A stretch of 64,000 nucleotides of DNA from Pseudonocardia sp. SCN 73-27 (GCF_001725415.1 NZ_MEGH01000019.1:2795-66794); one strand, 5' to 3'. Shown: positions 45,375 through 54,792, counted from the first letter of the stretch. Numbers and translations are program-made. The notes: generated by a model from the sequence alone, not told the origin.

Positions 45375-46600
45375 ACACGGTCGAGGCCGCGGACCGCGGC
45401 GCCTGGCGGGCATGGCTCGCCGCGCACGGCGACTCCGTCGACGAGGCCTGGCTCGTCCTCGGCCGCGGCGGGGCGACGACACCGCGCGTCAGCCACCGCG
45501 AGTCGATCGAGGAAGCGCTGGCCGCAGGCTGGATCGACTCGCTCGCCCGGCGTCGTGACGACGAGTCCTGGATCCTGCGGTTCACACCCCGCACGACCAC
45601 GAGCGCGTGGAGCCTGGTCAACCACGAGATCGTCGCGTCTCTCGTCGCCCAGGGGTTGATGACGCCGCGCGGGCAGGCGGCGGTCGACGACGCCAAGCGG
45701 ACCGGCATGTGGTCGCTGCTGATCGACGCGCAGCGTGGCGTCGTGCCCGACGACCTGCGCGCCGCCCTCGACGCGGCGTCGGCGTCGGCAGTGTTCGACG
45801 GCTGGTCGCACTCCGCCCGCCGCGCCGCGCTCGAACACCTCGCCCGGGCCAGACGCCCGGCCACCCGAGAGCGCCGGATCGCGGAGATCGTCGCCCGCGC
45901 GGGAGCCGCCCGACCCCCGCCGCGTTCGACGTCAGGCTGGTTCGATCATGGTCTGCGGCAGCCTGGTGTCGAACTCGGCGGGGCGGGGCGGCCTGCGGCG
46001 CGACGACATATCATGACGGTCGTCATGGTCGACCGGAGTCCCCGCGAGCGCATCGTGCGCAGCGCCGCCCTGCTGTTCCGCGAACGCGGCGTCGGCGCCA
46101 CCGGGATGCGTGAGATCGTCGCCCATGCGCAGGCCCCGCGCGGGTCGCTCCAGCACTACTTCCCCGGCGGCAAGCAAGAGCTGGTCGCCGAGGCGATGGC
46201 GTGGATGGCCGAACGCGCCGCCCGCCCGCTGCGCGCGAGCCTCGACGTCGAGCCGCCGCCCGCGCCCGGCGACGTCGTCCGCGGAGTCGTCGACCGGTTC
46301 CGCGAGGTCCTGGCGCTCACCGACTTCGACGGCGGCTGCCCGATCGTCGCCGGCGTCGCCGACGCGGCATGGGACGGCGAGGTCGTCGCCACGGCCGCGC
46401 GCGACGCCTTCGCCCTCTGGCTCGACCCGCTCGCCCACGCCCTGCGCCGCGGCGGGATCGCGGACGACCGCGCGGATCGCCTGGCGCTCATGGTGATCAG
46501 CGCGGTCGAGGGGGCGCTCGTCATCAGCCGGGCGCGGCGCGACGAGTCGGCCCTCGACGCCGTGCAGGCGGAGCTCGACCTGCTCCTCGCGGCAGGCTAG
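45371..46600 (+). CDS. Open frame containing a YdeI/OmpD-associated domain (about 45371-45905) running in frame into the TetR gene
   Basis: WRAWL..H...EAWL, EEALAAGWIDS, RFTPR...S.WS..N and PDDLRAAL; no stop before the TetR start. Confidence 0.75.
   Translation: MNTVEAADRGAWRAWLAAHGDSVDEAWLVLGRGGATTPRVSHRESIEEALAAGWIDSLARRRDDESWILRFTPRTTTSAWSLVNHEIVASLVAQGLMTPRGQAAVDDAKRTGMWSLLIDAQRGVVPDDLRAALDAASASAVFDGWSHSARRAALEHLARARRPATRERRIAEIVARAGAARPPPRSTSGWFDHGLRQPGVELGGAGRPAARRHIMTVVMVDRSPRERIVRSAALLFRERGVGATGMREIVAHAQAPRGSLQHYFPGGKQELVAEAMAWMAERAARPLRASLDVEPPPAPGDVVRGVVDRFREVLALTDFDGGCPIVAGVADAAWDGEVVATAARDAFALWLDPLAHALRRGGIADDRADRLALMVISAVEGALVISRARRDESALDAVQAELDLLLAAG
46013..46600 (+). CDS. TetR/AcrR-family regulator (LmrA/YxaF-like); start 46013 or 46025
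   Basis: GVGATGMREIVAHAQAPRGSLQHYFPGGK, GGCPI and SAVEGALV. Confidence 0.9.
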   Translation: MTVVMVDRSPRERIVRSAALLFRERGVGATGMREIVAHAQAPRGSLQHYFPGGKQELVAEAMAWMAERAARPLRASLDVEPPPAPGDVVRGVVDRFREVLALTDFDGGCPIVAGVADAAWDGEVVATAARDAFALWLDPLAHALRRGGIADDRADRLALMVISAVEGALVISRARRDESALDAVQAELDLLLAAG

Positions 46601-46609
46601 ACGTCCGTC

Positions 46610-47470
46610 TCAGGCGAGTCCGACGATCCCCACCGGGTTCGGCTCGGGGATCATCCCGCTGCGCACGACCGCGGCGGCCAGCGGCGTGAGCAGCTCGGCC
46701 AACCGGGCCGTCGCATCGGGGCCCAGCGCCTCCCAGGGCCCCTCCGCGGCGGCGTCGGTGGCGGCCTCGACGTCGTCGTGCAGCGTCCGGCCGGCGTCGG
46801 TGAGCCTCCCGTCGCCGCCGACGACGCCCGCGACGCGCAGCTCCTCGAGATCCGCCTGCCAGGCGTCGTCGCTGAAGCGGCGGCCCAGCTGCAGCGCGGT
46901 GGGGTCGGACTCGTCGGCGGCAACCTTGATCAGGTGCGACGCCAGCGGGGAGATGCCGCGGGAGACCAGGACGGCGATGTGCCCGTCGCCGCGGTGCTCG
47001 CGCAACGTCGTCGTGGCCTGCCAGAGCGCGAGGTGCGGGGCGTCGGGGCGGGGGAGCGCCTGGTTGGCGGCCGCAAGGACACGGCCCGCGGTGTCGGCGG
47101 TCGTGGCGGCGGCCCAGGCGAGGTCGGCGGCTTCGCCGACCTGCGGGGACGCGACGACGTCGGCGCCCCAGACGGCGCGCAGCGCAGCGTCGACGCCGTC
47201 GAGCCGGGCCGCAAGGGCGCGTGCCGGGTCGGCGACCTCCCATGCCGACGGGAGGGCGCGTTCGAGCCTGCTCGGGTGGAAGCCGTGGAAGGCGGCCGTC
47301 GCGACGGCCGGGCCGACCGCGCCGAGCGGGGCGGCGCGCAGCGCCACGTAGCCCATCCAGAAGCCGCGCATGCCGATCGCGTCGGCGGCGGCGAGGGCCT
47401 CGGGGGCGAAGTAGGTGACGTCGTGGACCGGTTCGAAGCGGGTCCACAGGTGGCGCGCGGTGCTGTCCAT
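46610..47470 (-). CDS. SCO6745-like conserved actinobacterial protein
   Basis: LWTRFEPVHDVTYF, GFWMGY..LRAAPLG and TTLREHRGDGH. Confidence 0.75.
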   Translation of the reverse strand: MDSTARHLWTRFEPVHDVTYFAPEALAAADAIGMRGFWMGYVALRAAPLGAVGPAVATAAFHGFHPSRLERALPSAWEVADPARALAARLDGVDAALRAVWGADVVASPQVGEAADLAWAAATTADTAGRVLAAANQALPRPDAPHLALWQATTTLREHRGDGHIAVLVSRGISPLASHLIKVAADESDPTALQLGRRFSDDAWQADLEELRVAGVVGGDGRLTDAGRTLHDDVEAATDAAAEGPWEALGPDATARLAELLTPLAAAVVRSGMIPEPNPVGIVGLA

Positions 47471-47493
47471 CCGTCCTCCGGACTGTGTCGGCT

Positions 47494-47559
47494 ATGACAA
47501 GCGTCATGATGCCTGATGTCCGGGAGGCGCGTAGAACAGTCCACTATGACGACTGTCAT
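47494..47559. promoter_or_regulatory. Two ATGAC-N4-GTCAT palindromes (third copy at 46013-46026)
   Basis: ATGACAAGCGTCAT 47494-47507; ATGACGACTGTCAT 47546-47559. Confidence 0.7.
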
Positions 47560-48028
47560 GGAACGGCTCGTGACGGGAAGCGGTCCCGCGAGCGACGGGG
47601 ACGTCGAGACGCCCGTCCGGGCCTGCTCGGTGCGGTCGCTGTCGGACCGCTTCGCCGCCGCCCACCGGCTCACCCCCGAGGCCGTCCTGACCCGGTACCG
47701 GCGCTGGCTCCTGGCCGGTGAGGCCGTCGTCGCCCGGATCGAGGACCGTCCCGTCGGGCTGGTCAACCTCGTGGACGACCCGCTGCGCCCGCGCGCCACC
47801 GACCTCGCCCTGCTCGTCGCCGACGACGTCCAGCGTCGCGGCGTCGCCACGGGCCTACTCCACCACGCCCTCGGCGCCCCGGCGCGCGCCGGCTGGGCGG
47901 TCCGCGCCACGGTCCGCGACGACAACCGCGCCGCCATCGGCCTGCTGCGCACCCAACGTCTCGGGCCGGTCCGGCTCGCGTCGTTCGAGGCCGGCGAGCT
48001 CACCTACGAGATCGCGATCCCGGCGTGA
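47546..48028 (+). CDS. GNAT-family N-acetyltransferase
   Basis: [20 protein letters not shown] acetyl-CoA motif and [11 protein letters not shown]. Confidence 0.8.
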   Translation: MTTVMERLVTGSGPASDGDVETPVRACSVRSLSDRFAAAHRLTPEAVLTRYRRWLLAGEAVVARIEDRPVGLVNLVDDPLRPRATDLALLVADDVQRRGVATGLLHHALGAPARAGWAVRATVRDDNRAAIGLLRTQRLGPVRLASFEAGELTYEIAIPA

Positions 48029-48921
48029 GGCCCCTCGGATTCCTCGGTCTCGGGCTCATGGGCACGCCGATGGCGCTGCGCCTCGTCCGCGCCGGGACCC
48101 CGCTCGTCGTCTGGAACCGGACGCCGTCGGCGTGCGAACCGCTGCGGGACGCGGGTGCCGACGTCGCGACCGACTCGGCCGAGGTCTTCGCCCGTGCCGA
48201 CGTCGTCCTGCTGATGCTCGCGAACGCCGGCGCGATCGACGCCGTCCTGCGCCGCGGCACCCCTGCGTTCGCCGGGCTCGTCCGCGACCGCACCGTCGTG
48301 CACATGGGAACGACCGCGCCGGAGTTCAGCCGCGGCCTCGCCGTCGACGTCCACGCCGTGGGCGGGCGCTACGTCGAGGCACCGGTGTCCGGGTCGCGCG
48401 TCCCCGCCGAGCAGGGCGCGCTCGTCGCGATGCTCGCCGGTACCGACGACGCCGTCGCCGCCGTGCGCCCGCTGCTCGCGCCGATGTGTCGCGAGGCCGT
48501 GCCGTGCGGCGCCGTCCCGGGCGCACTGCTGACCAAGCTCGCGGTCAACCTCTATCTGGTCACGATGGTCACCGGGCTCGCCGAGGCGTTCCACTTCGCG
48601 CAGCGGCACGGGCTGGATCTGGACGTCGTCCGCGCGGTGCTCGACGCCGGCCCGATGGCCAGCGACGTCTCCCGCGTCAAGGCCGCGAAGCTCGTCGCCG
48701 GTGACGTCACCGCGCAGGCCGCGGCGGCCGACGTCGCGTACAACGCCCGGCTGATCGTGGACGCCGCCCGGGGCGCGGGTGTCGCGTCCCCGCTCGTCGA
48801 CGTCGCCCGCGCGCTGTTCGCCGAGACGGTCGCGGCCGGGCGCGGGGCCGACGACATGGTCGCCGTCCTGGGTGCGATCGAGGCGCGGACCCTGTCGGGG
48901 GAGGCCCGGGATCCGGGATGA
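48025..48921 (+). CDS. NAD(P)-dependent oxidoreductase, 3-hydroxyisobutyrate dehydrogenase family
   Basis: [21 protein letters not shown] and KLAVN. Confidence 0.92.
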   Translation: MRPLGFLGLGLMGTPMALRLVRAGTPLVVWNRTPSACEPLRDAGADVATDSAEVFARADVVLLMLANAGAIDAVLRRGTPAFAGLVRDRTVVHMGTTAPEFSRGLAVDVHAVGGRYVEAPVSGSRVPAEQGALVAMLAGTDDAVAAVRPLLAPMCREAVPCGAVPGALLTKLAVNLYLVTMVTGLAEAFHFAQRHGLDLDVVRAVLDAGPMASDVSRVKAAKLVAGDVTAQAAAADVAYNARLIVDAARGAGVASPLVDVARALFAETVAAGRGADDMVAVLGAIEARTLSGEARDPG

Positions 48922-49172
48922 TGGGCGCTGTGGAGGTGGCGGTGACCGACGAGGAGTTGATCGTCGCGTTCGCGCTCGTGCGTCTCGACAACCCGGGCCT
49001 CGATCTCGAGGAGATCGCCGCGCTCGTCGTCCGGCGACTCGGCGACGACGCGATGCTGCAGTTCGCCTCGCACACCCTCGCCGTCCGCGACGAGCTGCGC
49101 GGCACGCTGTTCGCGGCGGCCGTCGATCACGTCCTGCGGGTCGTCCTCACCATGCGCGGTGAGCGTGACTGA
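48918..49172 (+). CDS. Hypothetical 84-aa protein
   Basis: ATGA overlap; GGAGG before an internal GTG; GC3 bias. Confidence 0.5.
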   Translation: MMGAVEVAVTDEELIVAFALVRLDNPGLDLEEIAALVVRRLGDDAMLQFASHTLAVRDELRGTLFAAAVDHVLRVVLTMRGERD

Positions 49173-49269
49173 CCTTCAGGTCAGGCTCCTCGCGGCCTGC
49201 GAGGTTGACGCTACACACCGACCGTCGCCTCCTGACTGGTCGGGCGCAGCGCAGCAGGTTGTGGCCGGG

Positions 49270-49720
49270 CCGGAAGAACCGCCTCTCCTCGCCCACGACG
49301 ACCGGCGCGACCATCAGTCGCAGCTCGTCGACCAGGCCCTGCGCGAGCAGCCACGCTCCGAGCCGGGCGCTGCCGTGTACCTGCAGCTCCCCGCCCGGCC
49401 GTGCCTTCAGCTCCGCCACCCGCGCCGCGACGTCGCCGGACAGGCGCCCGGTCCGCCTCCCGCAGCGTCGTCGTCGCGACGTACCTGGGCAGGCCGTTGA
49501 GCCTGCTCGCGACGGGGTCGTCCGGGTCGGCGGCCTTCGGCCAGTCGCGCGCGAACGCCTCGTAGGGGCGGCGCCCGAACAGGAACGCCTCGGCCTCGCA
49601 CGTCCAGGCCGTGACGATCTCGAGGAACCGGTCGTCGAGGAACGGGACGAGCCAGCCGCCGCGGGTGAACCCGTCGGTGGTGTTCTCGTCGGGGGCGCCG
49701 GGGCCCTGGCAGACGCCCCG
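49270..49720 (-). pseudogene. Frameshifted, 5'-truncated dihydrofolate reductase/RibD C-terminal family gene
   Basis: GVCQGPGAPDE..DGFTRGGW, LFGRRPY and SRLNGLPRYVA in one frame; LKARPGGELQVHGS..L..GLVDELRLMVAPVVVG in another, with the shift near 49455. Confidence 0.8.
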
Positions 49721-49988
49721 CCGACCGTGTCTGGCAGCTCTGGACCGATCCTCGCAAGCTCGAACGCTGGTGGTTCCCGCCCGGCGTCACCGCCGTCGTC
49801 CGCGAGCACGACCTCGCCGCCGGCGGCCGGGTCACCTACGACTGCGAGACCCCCGACGGCCCGCGCTCGGGCAGCTGGGACGTGCGGTTCGCCGCCGACG
49901 CCGACCTGAGCTCATGCTCTCGATCGGCTTCGACCGCGGGCTGTCGGCGGCTGTGGCGCAGGGGGACGAGCTGCTCGCGGGGCCGTGA
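49720..49988 (+). pseudogene. Internally deleted SRPBCC/AHSA1-domain remnant
   Basis: DRVWQLWTDPRKLERWW..HDLAAGGRVTY, then a jump to the C-terminal helix MLSIGFDRGLSAAVAQGDELL; no start. Confidence 0.65.
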
Positions 49989-50279
49989 GCCGACCGCCGG
50001 TCGAGGGACCTTCGGATCAATCTCCGGGGCCCGCTCCGGCCGTACGATCCCGCCATGCACGCCCTGGCAGGGCCGACGACGGGCCGGAAGTGGCTGTCGC
50101 TGGTGGCGTGGCATCTCACCGACCGACGACCAGGTCGCCGATGTCCGTGACTTCCTCGCCCAGTCCGAGCAGATGGGCAGGCGCAACGTCCCGGGCGACT
50201 CCACGGTGCAGGTCGTCCTGGAAGACCTGATCCATACGCACGCCCAGTCGTTCCAGGTCCTCCGGCCCGTGACCGGTGG

Positions 50280-51326
50280 TCACCTGAGGAGGGCGCGCGC
50301 CTCGTCCCACATGCCGGTGACGATCTCGCCCGCCGGCTCGGCGCGGGCCAGGGCGGCCGACTGTCCGGCCCACATGTTCACGCGGTCGACGCCCTCCGCG
50401 CCGCCGCGACGGAACCGGCCGACGAGCCGGCGTTGCTGCGGGTAGGGCGCCGGGCGGGGGCCGTCGTCAGCCGCCCAGGCCTGCACGAACGGCGTCGCGA
50501 TCGCCCGGCCGAGGCGTCCGGAGTAGGCGCGGGTCGGGGTGGTGCGCTCCGGGGCGAGGCCGTCGAGGGATTTCGCCCACTCGGCGTCGACGCCTGCCTC
50601 CGGCGAACGCAGCAGCGTCGTCCCGACCTGCACCGCGCTCGCCCCCAGCGCCAGCGCTGCCGCGACACCCCGGCCGTCGGCGATCCCACCCGCCGCCACC
50701 ACCGGCACGTCGAGCGCGTCGGCGAACCGGGGAACCAGCGCCATCAGGCCGACCGTCGTCGCCTCCGCGGTGGCCGGGTCGAACGTGCCGCGGTGCCCGC
50801 CCGCCTCCATGCCCTGCGCGACGACCGCGTCGGCACCCGCCTCCTGCGCGGCGAGCGCGTCGTCGAGCGTGGTGGCGCACGCGAACCACGCGATGCCGCG
50901 CTCGTGCAGCCGCGTGACGTACTCCGGCGGGAACAGGCCCATGATCGACGAGACGACGGTCGGTGCCGCCTCGAGCATCGCCTCGCACTGCGCGTCGAAA
51001 TCGGGGCCCTCGGCGTCGGCACCGGGAGAGCCGAACGTCTCCAGGAACGCCGTCGCCGCCGCGACCCGGTCGGGGTCGTCGACGGGCTCGTCGGGCAGCC
51101 AGATGTTGAGCTGCAACGCGCCGTCCGACATCGCGCGGAACCGGGTCACCCAGTCGGCGATCTTCGCCGGCCCGTCGAGGACGACACCGTTCGCGCCCAT
51201 CCCGCCCGCGTTCGCGACGGCCGCCGCCAGCTCGGGCGGGCACGCCCCCGCCATCGGGGCCTCCAGTACCGGCACGGTGGTGCCGAACCGCTCGCAGAAC
51301 GCGGCCACCCGCGTCGTCACCGTCAT
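50280..51326 (-). CDS. Nitronate monooxygenase-family FMN oxidoreductase
   Basis: EAPMAG, QGMEAGGHRG, AAGGIADGRG, VQVGT and MWAGQS. Confidence 0.92.
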   Translation of the reverse strand: MTVTTRVAAFCERFGTTVPVLEAPMAGACPPELAAAVANAGGMGANGVVLDGPAKIADWVTRFRAMSDGALQLNIWLPDEPVDDPDRVAAATAFLETFGSPGADAEGPDFDAQCEAMLEAAPTVVSSIMGLFPPEYVTRLHERGIAWFACATTLDDALAAQEAGADAVVAQGMEAGGHRGTFDPATAEATTVGLMALVPRFADALDVPVVAAGGIADGRGVAAALALGASAVQVGTTLLRSPEAGVDAEWAKSLDGLAPERTTPTRAYSGRLGRAIATPFVQAWAADDGPRPAPYPQQRRLVGRFRRGGAEGVDRVNMWAGQSAALARAEPAGEIVTGMWDEARALLR

Positions 51327-51511
51327 GATCCGCTCCTGTTCGTCCCGCTCGGTCCCAGATTGTCACGACAACCCGTTCCGAGAGGTTCGCGTGTTTGATT
51401 CCTGTTGTGCTGCAAGGGATCCGCCTCACGAGCGGGCCCTCACCCGACGGTGGCAGTCTGTACCCCGGGGGCCTTCGGTACGGAGGCTGGAGGGGTTGGG
51501 TGGGGACTGTC

Positions 51512-52732
51512 GTGAGAGCTCCGACGGGCCGGGTCCGGACCGGGCTGACACTGTCGCTGGGCGTGGCGGTGCTCGCGTGCATCGTGTTGTCCGCGTTGGT
51601 CATCGTGTCGCCGAGGCAGGCCGAGGCGCTCTCCTCCGGCATCAGCGGCGGCGTCGTGGCACCGCCCGCACCGGCCGCGCCGGTCCTGGCCACCAACGCC
51701 GACGACGGGCCCTTCAACCCGGGCGACCCGCTGCACCTCACCGTCACCGGCGGGACCATCACCGCCGTCGCGATGACCGACAAGGCCAGCGGCAAGCCCG
51801 TCGCCGGCGACCTGGCGCGGACCGGCACCGGATGGGCCTCCACCGGCGACCTCGGCTACGGCAGCACCTACACCCTGGGCGTCGACACCGTCGGCCCCGA
51901 CGGCAGCAAGCACCACGACGACCGCACCGTCAGCACCCTGAAGCCGGCGCAGACCGCGTACCCGTCGTTCATCCCGCCGCCCGCGCAGACCACCGTCGGC
52001 GTCGGGCAGCCCCTCGTCGTCCGCTTCGACCACGCCGTCAAGGACCACGCCACCGCCGAGAAGGCCCTGACCGTCACCTCCGACCCTCCGCAGGAGGGCA
52101 GCTGGTACTGGCTGTCCGACACCGAGGTCCACTACCGGCCCAAGGTCTACTGGCAGGCCGGCAGCACGATCACCCTCAAGGCCGACCTCTTCGGCGTCGA
52201 CCTCGGCAACGGCACCTACGGCCAGACCTCCCGCAGCGAGACGATCCACGTCCACGACTCGTGGGTCGCCAAGGCCGACGGCAAGGCCGAGCAGATGCAG
52301 ATCTTCCACAACGGCGCGCTCGTCGACACGATGCCGATCAGCCTCGGCTCGCCCGGCTTCCCCTCCCACACCGGCCCGCACGTCATCTCCGACAAGCAGC
52401 CCACGATCACCATGGACTCCTGCACCTACGGCGTCTGCCAGGGCCAGCCCGGCTACTACAAGGAGCAGGTCGACCTCGACCTGCGCATCTCCGACGACGG
52501 CGAGTTCGTGCACTCCGCGCCCTGGTCGGTGGGCTCGCAGGGCGGGGCCAACGTCTCCCACGGCTGCGTCAACCTGAGCCCCGCCAACGCCCAGTGGTTC
52601 TTCGACCACTTCGGCATCGGCGACGTCGTCGAGATCACCAACTCCGGCGGCCCCGCGCTGCCGCTGGGCGACACCTACGGCGACTGGGAGCTGTCCTGGG
52701 CGCAGTGGCAGACGGGCAGCGCCGCGAAGTAG
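51512..52732 (+). CDS. L,D-transpeptidase (Ig-like domains plus YkuD)
   Basis: N-terminal TM, GVGQPL, HYRPKVYW and catalytic FVHSAPWS...SHGCVN. Confidence 0.94.
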   Translation: MRAPTGRVRTGLTLSLGVAVLACIVLSALVIVSPRQAEALSSGISGGVVAPPAPAAPVLATNADDGPFNPGDPLHLTVTGGTITAVAMTDKASGKPVAGDLARTGTGWASTGDLGYGSTYTLGVDTVGPDGSKHHDDRTVSTLKPAQTAYPSFIPPPAQTTVGVGQPLVVRFDHAVKDHATAEKALTVTSDPPQEGSWYWLSDTEVHYRPKVYWQAGSTITLKADLFGVDLGNGTYGQTSRSETIHVHDSWVAKADGKAEQMQIFHNGALVDTMPISLGSPGFPSHTGPHVISDKQPTITMDSCTYGVCQGQPGYYKEQVDLDLRISDDGEFVHSAPWSVGSQGGANVSHGCVNLSPANAQWFFDHFGIGDVVEITNSGGPALPLGDTYGDWELSWAQWQTGSAAK

Positions 52733-52771
52733 CGCGGTAACGGTCGGCCGCCCGGGGCCGACCAGCCAGAC

Positions 52772-53629
52772 GTGACCCCTGACCAGCGGTTGCGGCGCGG
52801 CCGCGTCGCCGTCCTCGTCGTGCTCGTGGCGCTGTTCGTGCTCTACCTCGTCGGGCTGCTCACGGTCGCGCAGTTGCTCACCCTGTTCGTGTTCGCGATC
52901 GTCGCCGTCCTGGTCATGACGGTCCGCCCCGCGCAGGTGCGCGCACTGCTCGGCCGGGTGGAGCAGGTGTCGGCGGGCGGGGTCAGCATCGAGCTGGCCG
53001 CCGCCGGTGCGAAGGCCGCGGCGGCCGCGCCGACCGGCATGGAGGACGACGGCGACGACGACGCGACCTCGATCGTCGAGCTGCGGTTCCGGCTGGAGCG
53101 CAAGCTCGCCGACCTGGCCGCCGGGGTGCTGTCGGAACCGGTGGGCGACGTCGTCGTGCCGACGCACGTGACCATCGGCGGGCTCGTCCGTGACCACCTG
53201 CTCGGCTCCGCCGAGGCGACCGTCGCCGACACGATCCTCACCACCAGCGAGAACGAGTTCCGCTCCTACGCCGAGACGCAGCGCGAGGCGCTGCTGCGCG
53301 ACGGCGGACGGTTCGTCGCGACGTTCCGCGCGGCCGTGTTCCACGAGCGCGCAGCCCAGGTCCTCGCCCGGCAGCTGGGCGGGGTCGAGCGGGTGCGGCG
53401 CGACGACGCGGCCGGCGAGGACCTCGTCGTCACCGGTACCGGCGGGCGGGTGCGCTGGGTCCCGGTGTTCGCCGACGCCGGCTCCGACCTCGTCCGCGAC
53501 CAGCAGCGGCGTGTCGCCGTGCTGCCCGGTCGCAGTGTCGTGCTCGTCCCGGCCCTGACCCCGAGCCCGCCGCCGGCCGATGGCCAGGTTCCGGTCCGCA
53601 CCTTCGGCGACCTGCTGCGCGGCACCTAG
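52772..53629 (+). CDS. Hypothetical membrane-anchored protein
   Basis: Two N-terminal TM helices and a soluble domain; GC3 bias. Confidence 0.7.
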   Translation: MTPDQRLRRGRVAVLVVLVALFVLYLVGLLTVAQLLTLFVFAIVAVLVMTVRPAQVRALLGRVEQVSAGGVSIELAAAGAKAAAAAPTGMEDDGDDDATSIVELRFRLERKLADLAAGVLSEPVGDVVVPTHVTIGGLVRDHLLGSAEATVADTILTTSENEFRSYAETQREALLRDGGRFVATFRAAVFHERAAQVLARQLGGVERVRRDDAAGEDLVVTGTGGRVRWVPVFADAGSDLVRDQQRRVAVLPGRSVVLVPALTPSPPPADGQVPVRTFGDLLRGT

Positions 53630-53634
53630 CCGGG

Positions 53635-54720
53635 TCAGGGGACGAGCACGACCTTCAGGCGGTCCGTCAGGTCGTGGTTCGACACCGCCGCGATGGCCGC
53701 CTCCGCGTCGTGCAGGTCGAAGCGGTGCGTCACCAGCTTCTCGAAGGGGAACCGGTCCGTCGCCGCCAGCGCCATCGCCCGGCGCACCGAGGCGCTGTCG
53801 AAGCTGAACACGCCCTGGAGCCGGATCTCCTTGAGCGTCACGACGTCCATCGGCAGCGGCGTCAGCACGTCCTTGCCGGTGACGCCGCCGCTGACCACTG
53901 TCCCGGTCCTCCGGACGAGGTCGAGCGAGGTGCGCAGCGCCTCGGGGCTGCCCGTGGTGTCGACGACGACGTCGGCGAGCCGGCCGCCCGTCGCGTCCCG
54001 GACGACCTCGACGACGTCGCGCTCCCCGGCGGTGACGACGACGTCCGCGCCGAACTGCGGCGCCAGCTCGCGGCCGAGGACGTCGCGTGGCAGCCCGGTG
54101 GCGATCACGGTCCGGGCGCCTGCGGCCCGGGCGGCGGCGACGCAGCACAGCCCGATCGGCCCGACCCCCTGCACGACCACGTCGTGACCCTGGACGACCC
54201 CGCCCCGCGCGAGCGTCCACTGCACGGCGTTGGCGATCGCGACGGTGCACAGCATCCCCACCTCGGCGCTCATGCCGTCGGGGACCTTGTGAACGACGGC
54301 GCCCGGCGCGAGGTGCATCAGTGGTGAGTAGGCACCCCACAGGTGCGGCACGACGTCGGAGGAGGTGACGGTGCCGTAGCCGTCGGCGTTGTCGCAGAAG
54401 CGGCTGTCCCCGGCGGTGCAGTAGGGGCAGGCGCCGCACGCGACCATGGGCTCGACGACGACGCGGTCCCCGGCCGCCACACCCCACTTCCGGGCCGCGC
54501 GTGTCCCGACCTCCTCGATCCGGCCGACGATCTCGTGGCCCATGATCAGCGGCAACGGCGTCGGATAGCCGCCGGTGACGATGTCGACGTCGGTGTGGCA
54601 GATGCCCGCGAGCTCGACGCGCAGCAGCCCGTCGTCGGGGCCGACCGTGGGCCGGGGGAAACCCCGGGTCTCGAACGTCCGCGCCTCGGTGAGCACCATC
54701 GCCTGCACGATCTCCGGCAC
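53635..54720 (-). CDS. Zinc-dependent alcohol dehydrogenase (MDR family)
   Basis: GICHTD, GHEIVG, CGACPYC..C and GVGPIG; GGAGGA RBS. Confidence 0.93.
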   Translation of the reverse strand: MPEIVQAMVLTEARTFETRGFPRPTVGPDDGLLRVELAGICHTDVDIVTGGYPTPLPLIMGHEIVGRIEEVGTRAARKWGVAAGDRVVVEPMVACGACPYCTAGDSRFCDNADGYGTVTSSDVVPHLWGAYSPLMHLAPGAVVHKVPDGMSAEVGMLCTVAIANAVQWTLARGGVVQGHDVVVQGVGPIGLCCVAAARAAGARTVIATGLPRDVLGRELAPQFGADVVVTAGERDVVEVVRDATGGRLADVVVDTTGSPEALRTSLDLVRRTGTVVSGGVTGKDVLTPLPMDVVTLKEIRLQGVFSFDSASVRRAMALAATDRFPFEKLVTHRFDLHDAEAAIAAVSNHDLTDRLKVVLVP

Positions 54721-54734
54721 CGCAGCTCCTCCCT

Positions 54735-54774
54735 GTGAGTGGCAACAGTGGTTATAGCGACTATTGCCACTCAC
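54735..54774. terminator. 40-nt near-perfect hairpin between MFS stop and ADH RBS (terminator or operator)
   Basis: GTGAGTGGCAACAGT / ACTATTGCCACTCAC, 14 of 15 paired. Confidence 0.5.
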
Positions 54775-54792
54775 GACCCCCCGGGAGGTCGC

